DNA of 64,000 nucleotides from the human T2T-CHM13v2.0 reference genome, Homo sapiens: NCBI RefSeq assembly GCF_009914755.1, contig NC_060930.1, one strand, 5' to 3'. Under the pieces are notes generated by a model. That model ran no database searches and was not told where the DNA came from. It worked only from the letters and a program-made list of their open reading frames with translations. A program made the translations under genes and the position numbers. Positions 38,015 through 52,980 of this stretch are shown piece by piece. Position 1 is the stretch's first letter, and the number at the start of each line of letters is the position of its first letter.

Positions 38015-38651
38015 ATGAATCACTTCATTTTTGAATCCTCTCTTCTCGGTTAGTCTGCGATCCAAGAACGTTAACTTCTTAAAGTTCTAATTCTGCGCTT
38101 CTCAAGCTGTAGTCCGTAAACGACTACTTTAAGACTTGGAAGACGCTAATTCTCATTCAGTAGATGTGTTGTGGGGCCAGATTCGGAGGACCACGTTTTG
38201 AGAAGTTTATCTTGTGCCGTTTTCTTGAGTCACCTGGACTGCTGCTAGCTGGAAACCTTTGACCATTATAAGGCAGGATTCCTGGGTGATGTACCTGGGA
38301 AATCACGAGCCAAGAAGTCACCGACATACAACAGTGAGCAACAAATGTTAACTGAATTCTATTTTGTCCCAAATGGTGTTTTGCTTCGGTTGAGAATTTT
38401 TAAGGCACAGGCTAATTTTAGGTTTTCCAACGACTCTTATCATTTACTTTTCGTTGGGTCCTATTGATGATATTCCAGGATACCACCCCCACTAGCCTCT
38501 TCTGCAGGATAACTTGAACACTGCAGTGGCCCTGTCCATCTAAACTTTACAAGGTTTTGTAAACGTTACTGAACTTGCTTCTTCCCGACTACATTAAAGC
38601 ACTTACTTGAGATATTAAACATTTTCTCATTAGTCCTGTTTGCCTAGTCAG

Positions 38652-39014
38652 TCACTTGTATAGACAGGGCAACAGCACGGCCTGAATATTGGGCAGGACA
38701 CCGCCCTGCGCGATAGTAACTTTGCCCAACAGCTTGTTGAGCTTCTCGTCGTGGATGGCGAGCTGCAGGCGTCGGGGGGTGACGCGGGTCTTCTTGTCTC
38801 GGGCCGCGTTGCCCGCCAACTCCAGGATCTTGGCGGTCAGGTACTCCAGCACCGCCTCCAGGTACACCGGCGCACCGGCCCGGACCCGCTTGGCGTAGTT
38901 GCCCTTGCGGAGGAGGCGGTGCACTCGGCCCACAGAAAACTGGAGACCAGCCCTGGAAGAGTGCGTTTTAGCCTTGGCGCGAGCTTTGCTGCCCTGCATT
39001 CCACATCCAGACGC
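38652..39014 (-). pseudogene. H2AC10P: Histone H2A pseudogene, divergent partner of H2BC10
   Basis: Clear H2A homology; initiator ATG replaced by GCG (39014-39012); tail after LLP replaced by CLYK*; no stem-loop downstream. Confidence 0.9.
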
Positions 39015-39084
39015 AGTGAAGTATTTAAATACTTGTTTAGAAGAAGGAAAGTGATTGATCCTAGTAAAACGCAAGAGCTAAACT

Positions 39085-39816
<732 letters not shown>

Positions 39817-39851
39817 ACTAGTTACCTGGGTAAAAGCGCTAACGACCCAAA

Positions 39852-39892
39852 GGCTCTTCTAAGAGCCACCCATGTTGTCATTTAAAGATCTG
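39852..39892 (+). terminator. H2BC10 stem-loop and HDE
   Basis: GGCTCTTCTAAGAGCC 39852-39867 then ACCCA; AAAGATCTG 39884-39892. Confidence 0.93.
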
Positions 39893-39975
39893 TAATTTTC
39901 CAGACTTGGCATTGGCAAGGTAAAATGGCTAAGCAACACATGGGATAGTAAGGGTTTACTGAAACATCCAAGTTC

Positions 39976-40264
<289 letters not shown>

Positions 40265-42947
40265 TCCAGGTTCGTTGTTTTTTCCCCTATAGATTGTAAG
40301 CGTCACCAAGGAGTAAGCTCGTATGCAGCTTAATATGACACATTTCACTCAGCAGCTAAGGAAAAATCGTGTTCTAGATTGATCCCCACTTTTCTTCTCC
40401 CCGCACACCACCATCTTAAAATTTTGTTTTCGTTTTTAGTTTCACTTTATCATCCTATTGCCCTTGATTTGGAGTAGCCGGGTGGAAATCAAGTTTGGGG
40501 TAGTCTTAAATCTAAAATAAGGTCTGAGAAAGCGAAACTCGGCTTTTAGTTCGTTGTTAGCTTGCAAATGGTTGGAGCGGCATATGATGGAGGAAATCAC
40601 CTCTGTTGGTTGCATTTCTAAACCATGGCAGATCGCTACCAGACGTTCTCATATCCCCCTTGCAAGTCCACTGATTTCTCTACAAATTTTACTGAGTTTA
40701 TAATTACTGGATTACTTCACGTAGCTATACATATTACCTCTTGGCAAGATCAGGAACTCTACCATCTTCTTAGCTGAACATATTGAGGTTTAAGACAAAG
40801 AACAGGCAACAGGATAGCCTGAAGTTGGAGCAAAGAAATGAAAATTCCCGGTGCTACATTCAGACGCTTTTATCTGTAAGCCTTTTTAAGGCTCCAAGGA
40901 CTGTGTTCTCCCTAAACCTCCTCCTCCGTGTCCTGGAACGACTTTGTCCACAGCTACTCCCTTTCTTGAAAATTCATTTTAAGAGAGGAGGGTTACAAGG
41001 AATTAACATTTGTGTGGTAGTCCTTAGAATGCATTATTTCATTCATTGATTTTTTTTTTCCTACAGTCAGCTGTGAAATGGAAGCTCCTCTTTTACAGGT
41101 GAATGACCTCAAGAATTAAGGTTAAGTAACTAGCCCCTTACACATAAATAAAACTGAGATTTGAATCTACTCTGATTCTAAGGATTACTTCCCACTGTTT
41201 GTTAGAGACCATCCCAAGCAGGAGCCTAGTTGCTGTCAGAGGAGTCAGGAAATTTAGGCTCAATTGTAATAAAAGAAAACTGGTCAGGAGATACACATAT
41301 TCTTTGTTGCACAGCAAAGTCCTTACACCAGCAAAAGTTTCTTTTAAAAATAAAATAATATTAATGGTGACCTTTGGGCCCTAAAGATCACCTGGCAGCA
41401 AGTTTAACTTTTCTGAGCACTGTATTGTGGTGGGGAAAACATGGGCATTGTCAGTGTAAATGTGAGCTCTAAGATCTTATTTTCTATCTATTACCTACAT
41501 GTCATTATCTGCAAATACCCACATAGCAGCTTACTGTGAACATTAAGTGACCAAAATTTGCTTTAAATTTTTTGTTTTGAGACAGGGTCTCACTTTGTCA
41601 TCCAGACTGAGGTGTAGTGACACAACCACAGCTCACTGCATTCAACCTCCCTGGCTAGTGTTCCCACCTGTCTCCCAAGGAGCTGGCACTACAGGCACGC
41701 ACCATCACACCCACTGAATTTTTTTTTTTTTTTAATGATTTTTGTAGAGCCAGGGTCCCACTGTGTTGCCCAGGCTAGTCTCAAAGTAAATTTGTAATGG
41801 AATTTGTGAAGAAAATTCTCTAAGCCCCAAATATAACTAAGGCATTCATTTCTTGCTCCCCAAAGCTAATTTTGAATACATTTTAAATTATATATTCATG
41901 AAATATTCAAGCATGGATTAAGGGGGACATCACTCAGGAAGTGATACAGTCCTGACTGATTGTTTCAATCCTAAGTTTGGGCAATTTATCTAATTCTTTT
42001 GTAAGCGCTTCCTTACCTGTTTATTCCAAACAGGAATAATAATTAGTAACTACTGCATGACATTGCTGGAGTGACGAATCAAAGAACACAGCTAAAGCAC
42101 TTAGGACCGTGTCTGCACAGAGAATGACCCCCTAAATATTAGCTGTGGCTAAGCCTCTGGTTGAAGTGATAGGGAAGGTGCCTTTGGTCCTGCCCACATT
42201 TAAAGCCCAGAGTCCTAAGGCCTGGAATAATTAGCATTTGATGTGAAATGGGCTTCTTTGTCTGGCAGTGTAAATAATACTCTTTGAACAGTTCAATCCC
42301 ATCTTTAAAGCCATTGTTTTCCTCTGAAGCATTTTGAAGACATCCTACTGCCTGTGGCTGTTTGATTTCCCTATCGTTGCTTGCCAGTTCAAGCAACGTG
42401 TCTCATATTTTCCAGGGACTGTCTCATGCCCTCACTGGAACTAGGAGTGCCCCATTTAATGGTCAGATGTGTTGAGTTGTAAGGAAACCTAGAAATTCAC
42501 ATGAGAAGTGCTTAGTACTTGTTTACTCTTTTTTCTTCCCAAGTTTCCTATTAACTTTGCTAACCTTGCTACATTTATTTTCCATCCATTTGTTGACTAG
42601 GTTTCCCTCATATACCTCCAAATCACAGCCCTGTTTTCAGATGAACTTCTGCACCTTGATAAGTATGTTCTTTAATTGGAACATAGGAAATTGGCTGGCT
42701 AACGAGGGCCACACTTTCCTGAATCCATTGTATCCCTGAGACATAGGTCACTTCAAAGGAAACTGATTGGTGTAAATTCCTGGCCTGAAAAGCTGAAGAA
42801 CACCACCTCACCACTAGAGAAGTAACATCATTTTTAGGCTCTGATTTGAGTAGCTGCTACTATTGTATTTGTCACTCCTGCGGTAAATAATTTCTGAAAA
42901 GAACCAAGAAGTTACTATCTCCCATCTACCCTCAGCAGTGTGTATCT

Positions 42948-43809
42948 TGATGGCATTCAGAACATACTATCTCAAAATATGGCCCCTTGACATACTGAAT
43001 ATTTTAAGGTGAAAGAATATGAGAAGCATCGTGGGCAGGAAGGTCTCTCTGATTTTTCCCAACTCTTCTCCCCTGAAACAGGTCATAGGACCCTCATGAG
43101 TCCTAGAGAGTCTGAGAGAAATCTGAACAAAAAGACCTTGCTAGGTTTCTGTTTTACCCTTAGCTGACAGTCTTCTTTTTGTCCTATTATATTTCTGCAT
43201 GACTCTCCACTCTTCATCAAACCTAGTGTAAAAATACTCAGGTTTACCCCTTCTCCAGGTCTTCATTTCCTTATGAAGCCTCCCATGTCATGTGAAATTT
43301 ATATTAAATAAATGTTGTATTGTCCATTCTCACACTGCTATAAAGAAATAACTGAGACTGGGTAATTATAAAGAGAAGAGGTTTAATTGGCTCATAAAAC
43401 CACAGGCTATACAGGAAGCATAGCAGCTTCTGCTTCTGGGGAGACCTCAGGGAGATTTTACTCATGGCGGAAGGCAAATGGGAAGCAAGGCATCTTACAT
43501 GGTGGTGCAGAAGCAAGGAGAGAGGTGGAGGTACCATACTCTTTTAAAAAACCAGATCACAAAACTCACTATCCCAACAGCTCCAAGGGAGTGGTATTAA
43601 ACCTTGAGAAACACCCCTGTGATCCAATGACCTCCTACCAGACCCCACCTCCAACACTGGGGATTGCAACTGAATGAGATTTGGGTGGGAACACAGATCC
43701 AAACCATATCAAATGTATATGCTTTTCTCTCGTTAATCTGTCTTTTGTTACAGGGCCCCAGCCAATGAATTTCAGATGGGTAGAAGGGAAAGCTGTTTTC
43801 TTCCCTACA
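42948..43809 (+). mobile_element. MER31-like solo LTR carrying a nested MST (MaLR) LTR at 43316-43711
   Basis: Host starts tgatggcattcagaacatactatctcaaaatatggc; insert tgtattgtccattctcacactgctataaagaaa...aaaccatatca with 5-bp TSD AATGT. Confidence 0.7.
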
Positions 43810-43931
43810 GCACACAGTAGGTGTGGGCAGGCATCTGTGTTCTGTATGTCTGTCTTGCTAGGGTAGAGAAGCAGACGTAACACTGAAAAAATGCAGAGAA
43901 AAATAATCCCAGAATGAAAATGTTTGAGATG

Positions 43932-44289
43932 TGTATTCGTTTGCTAGGGCTGCCATAACAAAGTACCACAGACTGAGTGGCTTAAACATTTATTTTTTCA
44001 CAATTCTGGAGGCTACGACTCTTAAGATTAACCCTGTGGGCAAGGTTGATTTCTTCTGAGGTCTCTCTCCATGGTGTGTCGATAACTGTCTTCTCCCTGT
44101 GTCTTCACATTATCTTTTCTCTGTGTGTGTGTCCAGTCTTCTTTACTTATAAGGACACCAGTCAGATTGGATTCAGACCCACCTCAATAACTTCATTTTA
44201 TATCTTTAACGACCCTAACTCTAAATGCAGTCATATTTTCAAGGACTTCAACATATGCAGCAGGGAGGAGGGTAAATCAGTCTATAACA
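43932..44289. mobile_element. MLT1 (MaLR) LTR
   Basis: tgtattcgtttgctagggctgccataacaaagtaccacagactgagtggcttaaac...tcttctttacttataaggacaccagtcagattggatt. Confidence 0.75.
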
Positions 44290-44571
44290 AGAAGTGCAGT
44301 AATTAGTCTTCCAAATACTATATGAACTAAGTATTCCACAGGTGGCTCAAACCCAGCAGGACCAAGACTGGCCTCATTATCCTCATAGCTCTGCTTATCC
44401 AAGTTTGAAATTTGGTCCTCATCCTAGATTACCACCATTCATTTTCATCATATATTTAATAATATACAAAATCCTATTCTATTGATTCTATTTTAACATA
44501 TTTTTGTTTATTGTGGCTAAAAATTGGAAATATGTAGAAGAGCAAGAGTTTCACTAAAAATAGGTTTTATC

Positions 44572-46345
<1,774 letters not shown>

Positions 46346-46641
46346 TACATTCTTTTATATATATCTAGAATTATAAATTTTAAAGCAAATAAAGAAACAA
46401 TAATGAACAAATGTATTCACGGAAAAGTCATCTCACCTTCCATAAAAATACAGAACCTCCATAAATATTTCTGGTATTAGAAATTTGGTTATACAAAAGG
46501 CAATCTCCCCTTATACTCAAAGTCTGTAGATACTCAAAAGACCAGGCACTTTACAAAAATCACTGCTAATATACAAGACTTGCTGTGTAAAGGATAATTC
46601 TTGAAATATCTTCCTTTTCTGCCAGAAGGACATAACCTAAA

Positions 46642-46731
46642 ATGTACACTAAAGTATATCATTTTGTCAATTGTAAATTTAGATTTATGTACACTAAAGT
46701 ATATCATTTTGTCAATTGTAAATTTAGATTT
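46642..46731. repeat. Perfect 45-bp tandem duplication
   Basis: atgtacactaaagtatatcattttgtcaattgtaaatttagattt at 46642-46686 and 46687-46731. Confidence 0.97.
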
Positions 46732-47299
46732 ATATTCATTTTATTTATATTCATCTAGGCACTTATTAAGATAAACACATAATTTGAGTCTAATATGCTC
46801 AGTGCAAAAACTAGTTTCATGAAAGATGCTAGAATTGTGACATAATCAGAACCAAAGCAGGGAGGGGAGATTTTGTATGGTTCTCTGCTGTCCAGAATAA
46901 AGTCTACATTCCTGTCATTGGCCCAACAGGCCTCCAACATCTGGCACCAAGCCAGGAACTATCACTTCTGATACTGACTTGAATTACACTCATCTGACAT
47001 TCCATATAATATTCCATTCCTGCTTTCCTTTTCATAAGGATATGTTTTCACTCTCCAAATAGACTGCAGGATCCTTAGGAGCAGGGAAAAATATAGTGGG
47101 AAGGCCGTGAGGAAGGGAGCAGGATTGTAATGCCAGTGGGGTCACAACCAGCCTCACACAGAGGGTGTTATTTGAAAGAAGTGAGGCAGCAACACTTAAA
47201 TCTAGAAGCTGAGTTGCCCACACAAAGGGAACTGTCAATATATAGTCCCTGAAAGATACATACTTACAGCAAGTTTGAGGCTAGCGGAGCTGCGCGAGG

Positions 47300-49250
47300 A
47301 AGGAAAGGAGTAGTGGGATTTGAGGCCAAAGAGATAACAAGAGCCAGAGTGTGGGGCCTTGCAAGGTACTGAAAGGACTTTGGGTTTTCTTTTTAGCGAA
47401 ATGAGAGCCATTGGAGGGTTTTCAGCAGAAGAGTGACCTGATTTTATTCACCTTTTATTGGAAATCTGTGGGACAGAACTAGGCAATGAGGGTGCTACAA
47501 TAATAAAGGTGAGTGTTGGCAGTGGCTTGACCAGAGCAGAAGTGGGAATGAAACAGTTGGATTCTGTTTGTTTTCAAAGAAGAGCTCATAGAACTTACTG
47601 ATGGATTGTTATGTAGGATGTGAAAGAAAACCACAGAAATGACTCCAACTAAAACAGTAAAATGCCATTCACTAATTTCAAGATGATGAGAGAAGCTGTT
47701 TTGCAGAGATAATGAAAGAAATTCTGTTTGAAGCCTATTAAAGTTTGAAGTGCATATTAATTGGACTTTCAAGTTGAGATGTCAAGTAAGTAGCAGGGTC
47801 TCTGAGTATGGAATACAAGGCTGTGGGCTAGTGACTTAACGTCTGCAACATCAACATATAGGCAGCATCTCCATAGCAACAAACATCAGTTCAAAATAAT
47901 CAGACAGATTTTCATCCTCCACGTCCATCTTCTCAGATCCATCAGGAGCCACAGAACTAAGGGAAGAAAAAAGGCAGCATCAAATACAGAGCTTTCAAGC
48001 TGAGATCCACAAATACGTTTCAGGAGGCCTGAGAACTCCTGGAATTGCAAGCAAAATATATGGGGAAAGTGGGCACATTTTGAAAAAGGTGTGAATATCT
48101 ATCACTGGGTCTCCAAAGTAACCCCTTCATGGCTCTAACTTTAATAGGTTATTTGAATGAAAATTGCAATATTATTGCATACCCTTATTACCAAGGGCAT
48201 TTTTCCACATTTGTAAAATAGGGATAACTTTTTCTGTTTGTTCCAAAAATTACAGAAACAGAATTACTAAATAAAGCACTTGTAAAACTGTAAGTTAGGA
48301 ATCCAGATGTCGTATGTACAAAGCAAACATTCCTTACTTCCTTAACCCAGGGCCCAGTCCTTGCACTGCTTCTTCTTCATTATCAATCCTCTTTTCCTAA
48401 CAGATATCATTTCACCTTCTGGCTTTTTTACCCTCATGGGAGTAAAAACTCAATCTATGTTTCCAGCCCAGACCTCTTTTCTGAAATCCAGATTTATATA
48501 TCAAACTGTTTACTTTGTATCTTCCTCTTAGATATGTGTAATAAGCATCTGACACTCTCTCTGGATGTCCAAAACTAAGATATGGAATTCTTTCCAAAAC
48601 TTGTTCCTTCAGTATTCTTCCCCATTTTAGCAATTGATACCTCCATTTCAGTTGCTGTCAATGAAATCACTGGAATCATCCATAAATTTTCTTTCTCTCA
48701 TACTCTACACATTCAGTGACTCAGAAACGAACTATCAACCTTCTTTCAAAATAAACAAAGAATCCAACAACTTTTCACAGCCTCTACCACTAATACACTG
48801 GTCCAAGCCACTGCCATCTAAACTCCTTTATTTTAGTACCCTCCTAACTGGTCTCTGCTCCTATCCAGGTTCCATCACAGTTTATTCTTCATCAGGCATC
48901 CAGACAGCTCATTCTAAAATATAAATCAGATCAACTCAGTCCTCTGCTCAAAACCCTGAGTGGCTCCCACCTCACTAGGAATAAAAGCCAAAGTAGTTAC
49001 ACCGCCCATATAGGAACTGCTCGCCTCCATTTGCCTTTCAGACCTCATCTCCTTTCCTCTGCACCCTTCTCGCCTCCATTTGCCTTTCAGACCTCATCTC
49101 CATTCCTCTGCACCTCTTCTGCCCTTTTGCCCAGACACAATAACTCTCTGCTATCTCCAGGCTTTGCTACTTGGTCGTCTATTTGGAATATTCTCTCGTC
49201 TTTTTTTCTGCAACCATCGCTCTATCAGTAAAGCTTTCCATGACTCTATC
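47300..49250. mobile_element. Old LINE-2 fragments (about 47300-47800 and 48330-49250, opposite orientations)
   Basis: gagccattggagggttttcagcagaagagtgac...; ccagcccagacctc...ctcctaactggtctc...aaatcagatca...cctctgctcaaaaccct resemble L2 3' regions. Confidence 0.6.
49020..49114. repeat. 49-bp tandem duplication
   Basis: ctcgcctccatttgcctttcagacctcatctcc(t/a)ttcctctgcacc starting at 49020 and 49069. Confidence 0.95.
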
Positions 49251-49270
49251 ATTTAAAATTATCACGTTCT

Positions 49271-50808
49271 CGACTGGGCGCGGTGGCTCACACCTGTAAT
49301 CCCAGCACTTTGGGAGGCCGAGGTGAGCGGATCACATGAGGCAGGAATTCAGGACCAGCCTAACCCCATAAGTACTAAAAATACAAAAATTAGCTGCGTG
49401 TGGTAGCGCATGCTTGTAATCCCAGCTACTCGGGAGGCTGAGACACTAGAATTGCTTGAACCCAAGCGAGGCGGAGGTGGAATGTGCCGAGATCGCGCCA
49501 CTGCACTGCAGCCTGGGCAACAGAGCAAGACCCTATCTCAAAAAAAATAACTAATTAAACATCACCTCCTCCCTCCACACGTCTTTAGCCTGTTTCAGTG
49601 ATAGCACTTAGCACCATCTGATAGTTTCACTTACTTTGCGTGTGAAAGCACACCCAACAGACGCCATGCATACAGAAAATACTGTTTTGTTCACTGTCAT
49701 TCACTCCTATACTTCTCAGAGCCATGAACAGTACCTGGCATACGTTATGTGCTCAATTTTTGTTGTTAAATTTATATCCTCATACAAACCAGTGCCTTAG
49801 CTCTGATAACATCGTTCTTTTCATATTAATGTACAAGTGCATATCTTTAAAAAAGATGAAACCCTAACTCCATTGATTTTCTCGATTTCAAAGTTATAAC
49901 CCTACAATTTGCTTGCTGACCACAAAGAGGAAAAATCTGATTTTACAATGGAACTATCATCCTAAAGCAGCAATTGTCCTATTATCTTCAACGTAGATAA
50001 ACCAGACATGTCTCTGTATAAACTGACAAGCATATTAACCTGATTTCAACTAAGTATATAAAAGTCACTTCTGCTCAGGACAGAGTATAGAAGCCAAGTA
50101 AAATGATGCCGTAAGAAAAGCCAATCCAGGCCGGGCGCGGTGGCTCACGCCTGTAATCCCAACACTTTGGGAAGCCGAGGCGGGCGGATCACGAGCTCAA
50201 GAGATGGAGACCATTCTGGCCAACATGGTGAAACCCCACCTATACTTAAAAATACCAAAATTAGCTGGGCGTGGTGGCGCGAGCCTGTAGTCACTTGGGA
50301 GGCTAAGGCAGTAGAATCGCTTGAACTCGGGAGGCAGAAGTTCCAGTGAGCCGAGATCACGCCACTTCACTCCAGCATGGCGAAGGTGAGACTCCGCCTC
50401 AAAAAAGGAAAAAAAAAGCCAATCCAAATCTCCTACAAGTTTGGTCTCTAGCAAATCATTGTCCTGATGCCTGAATGTGTACTTTTTCAAAAGGCGATCA
50501 TTGCTGGTTAAGAATTTAAGTTTTCGTGGCCGGGCGCAGTGCCTCATGCCTGTAACCCCAACACTTTTGGGAGGTCGAGGCGGGTGGATCACGAGATCAG
50601 GAGTTCGAGACCAGCCTGGCCAACATGGTGAAACCCCATCTCTACTAAAAACACAAAAATTAGGCGGGCGGCTGTAATACCAGCTATTCAGGAGGCTGAG
50701 GCAGGAGAATCGCTTGAAACTGTAAGGCGGAGGTTGCGGTGAGCCGAAATCGCGCCACTGCACTCCAGCCTGGATGAAAGAGCAAAACTCCGTCTCAACA
50801 ACAACAAA
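49271..50808 (+). mobile_element. Three Alus (about 49271-49547, 50129-50418, 50527-50808)
   Basis: Alu consensus; TSD aaaagccaatcca around the second. Confidence 0.9.
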
Positions 50809-51472
50809 ATAAGTTATGGTGATGTTTCTATATTGCTCACTAAGCGGTACCCTACCTTTTAATATTTTCGTAATATTCAAAAACACATTTTAAGTCTATT
50901 GGAAACAATACTTGCAAGCTCTCAAGTGAACATTTATATTGTTACCCCACACTGCCTTTTGTAGACGAGTTTTGTCACCAAGTCAAAAGCAGCAGCGCGC
51001 ACGCCGCCTGGACTTGGGTCTGCGATCCTACTCACGCAGATGTGTTGCGCTCACGGATTCGCCTTGGTTTAAGGCCCGCCGTCTGGGTGCGAGCTTTCTT
51101 TGTTTTTAGCCCTTCCCGCCATTTTGGAAAGGGTAACTTGCAGTCTCTCCGCGAAGTTTCCAACTTCTGTAGTCTTTGAGAACCTTACGAACGCTTCAAG
51201 CTTAAACTGAAGGAGGAAGGCCCACGGGAATTATAAACTGTCACAATCCAGCTTACTCACTGATATCTAGTGTTAAAATGCCACAAGAAAGCTAAACATA
51301 TTCAACATACCAACTTCCCTCAAGCAGAAAACAGTGGCTTTAAGTACTTTATGCCCAAATCCTAAACATGCGAGATTAAGCACGAGTAATTAAACGTTAC
51401 CTGCAAATCTACACATGTGCACAGTAACTACTTCTCAGCAAAAATCTGGAACAAAGCAGGATAACAAGATGT

Positions 51473-51513
51473 CTGCTCTTTTATGAAAAAAGTGGGCGGC
51501 CCTGAAAAGGGCC
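51473..51513 (-). terminator. H4C8 stem-loop and HDE
   Basis: CCAAA-GGCCCTTTTCAGGGCC (51513-51498)-GCCCA; AAAAGAGCAG 51482-51473. Confidence 0.95.
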
Positions 51514-51554
51514 TTTGGTTGAAAATGAAAATAAGAGTGCAGCAAGCAGGAGCC

Positions 51555-51890
<336 letters not shown>

Positions 51891-51925
51891 TTAAGAAACC
51901 TAAACGCCAAGGCAAAGCAACGCCC

Positions 51926-52032
51926 TTATATGCCGGGAATTCGGACCTAATTGAAGACTGAAAGCGCGCATACCGGAACTTTGGTCCTGCTTCTTGGCCC
52001 CACCCTGCATAGCCCAGCCCTGGATGACGTCA
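51926..52032 (-). promoter_or_regulatory. H4C8 promoter: TATA, site II, CRE
   Basis: CATATAA 51932-51926; GGTCCG 51947-51942; palindromic TGACGTCA 52025-52032. Confidence 0.85.
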
Positions 52033-52893
52033 CCAACGACTCCAGCCTTTGGCATCTGAGCGCCGGCTCCGCGGAGGCGTCTCTTGCAATTGCTGGGAAA
52101 TAGGAATGAGAGTTTTAAGGCTGTTTTAACAACCAAATCAGATTAAATAAATTAACATGTTTAAATTGTTATCAATTGTTCCTTCAGTTGCTTTAGGACG
52201 ATTGGAGAGGAGCCTCGGTCCACAAGACCGGAAGCCTGAGGAGTGCAGCTTTGTCCCCAAGGTCACAGTGACTGGCTTTCTGCTGCCTGCTGTAAAGCAC
52301 ATGCGGACCGAAACCCCCCTTCGGAAGTGTTTGAAAACTGCAAGATTTCACCCTCTCCATCACCAAGCCAAGGGAAACATAACCAAAAGGGTTTTCTTCC
52401 CGATGGCGAAGGCATGATAGGTTAGTGATTCGTGGTAGAATTATTGCCCTCCGCGCGGAGGCCTGATTCTATTCCCAGTTTGTTCTCTTCTTTCCCTGCT
52501 TATTAAAATTTGTAATTGCCATTTAAATATCTAACTGCCCCTCACAACTGCACCCAGTGTGTAGGTTTCGGGGTGGGGGTTTTTTTTTTTTCCTTTTTTT
52601 AATTTTATTGAGACAGGGTCTCGCTATGTTGCCTGCCTGGGTCTTCCAAAGTGCAGTGACTACAGGCGTGAGCTACCGCGCCTAGCCCACCAGTGTATTG
52701 ATATTTATTTTTCTATCCCTAGTTTTGTTTTCTGTTTGATTCTGGTGATTCCTTTTTCCAAAGTGAGTTGGCAACCTGTGGTAGCCAAAGAAGTAGGCAA
52801 CTGCTCGTAGGTTTTTTCTTAAATTACGAGGTAGTCTGAACGCATCTCCTGTAAGTAGTTAAGAGTACTGTGAGACCGTGTGCTTGGCAGAAC

Positions 52894-52965
52894 AGCAGAG
52901 TGGCGCAGCGGAAGCGTGCTGGGCCCATAACCCAGAGGTCGATGGATCGAAACCATCCTCTGCTA
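52894..52965 (+). tRNA. TRX-CAT1-2: Initiator tRNA-Met (anticodon CAT)
   Basis: AGCAGAGTGGCGCAGCGGAAGCGTGCTGGGCCCATAACCCAGAGGTCGATGGATCGAAACCATCCTCTGCTA, the canonical 72-nt vertebrate tRNA-iMet (A1-T72, GATCG T-loop). Copy number suffix is from memory of the locus. Confidence 0.97.
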
Positions 52966-52970
52966 GGTCC

Positions 52971-52980
52971 TTTTTTTTTT
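52971..52980 (+). terminator. Pol III terminator
   Basis: T10 run 5 nt after the tRNA gene. Confidence 0.92.

Noticed and set aside
39852-39867. Variant stem-loop loops (UCUA in H2BC10, UUUA in H3C8)
   Set aside because: Both fit the UYUN loop consensus with perfect stems.
50197-50886. 229-aa ORF and many other 60-170 aa ORFs containing WDYR, SLQPPP or LECSG
   Set aside because: Translations of Alu sequence.
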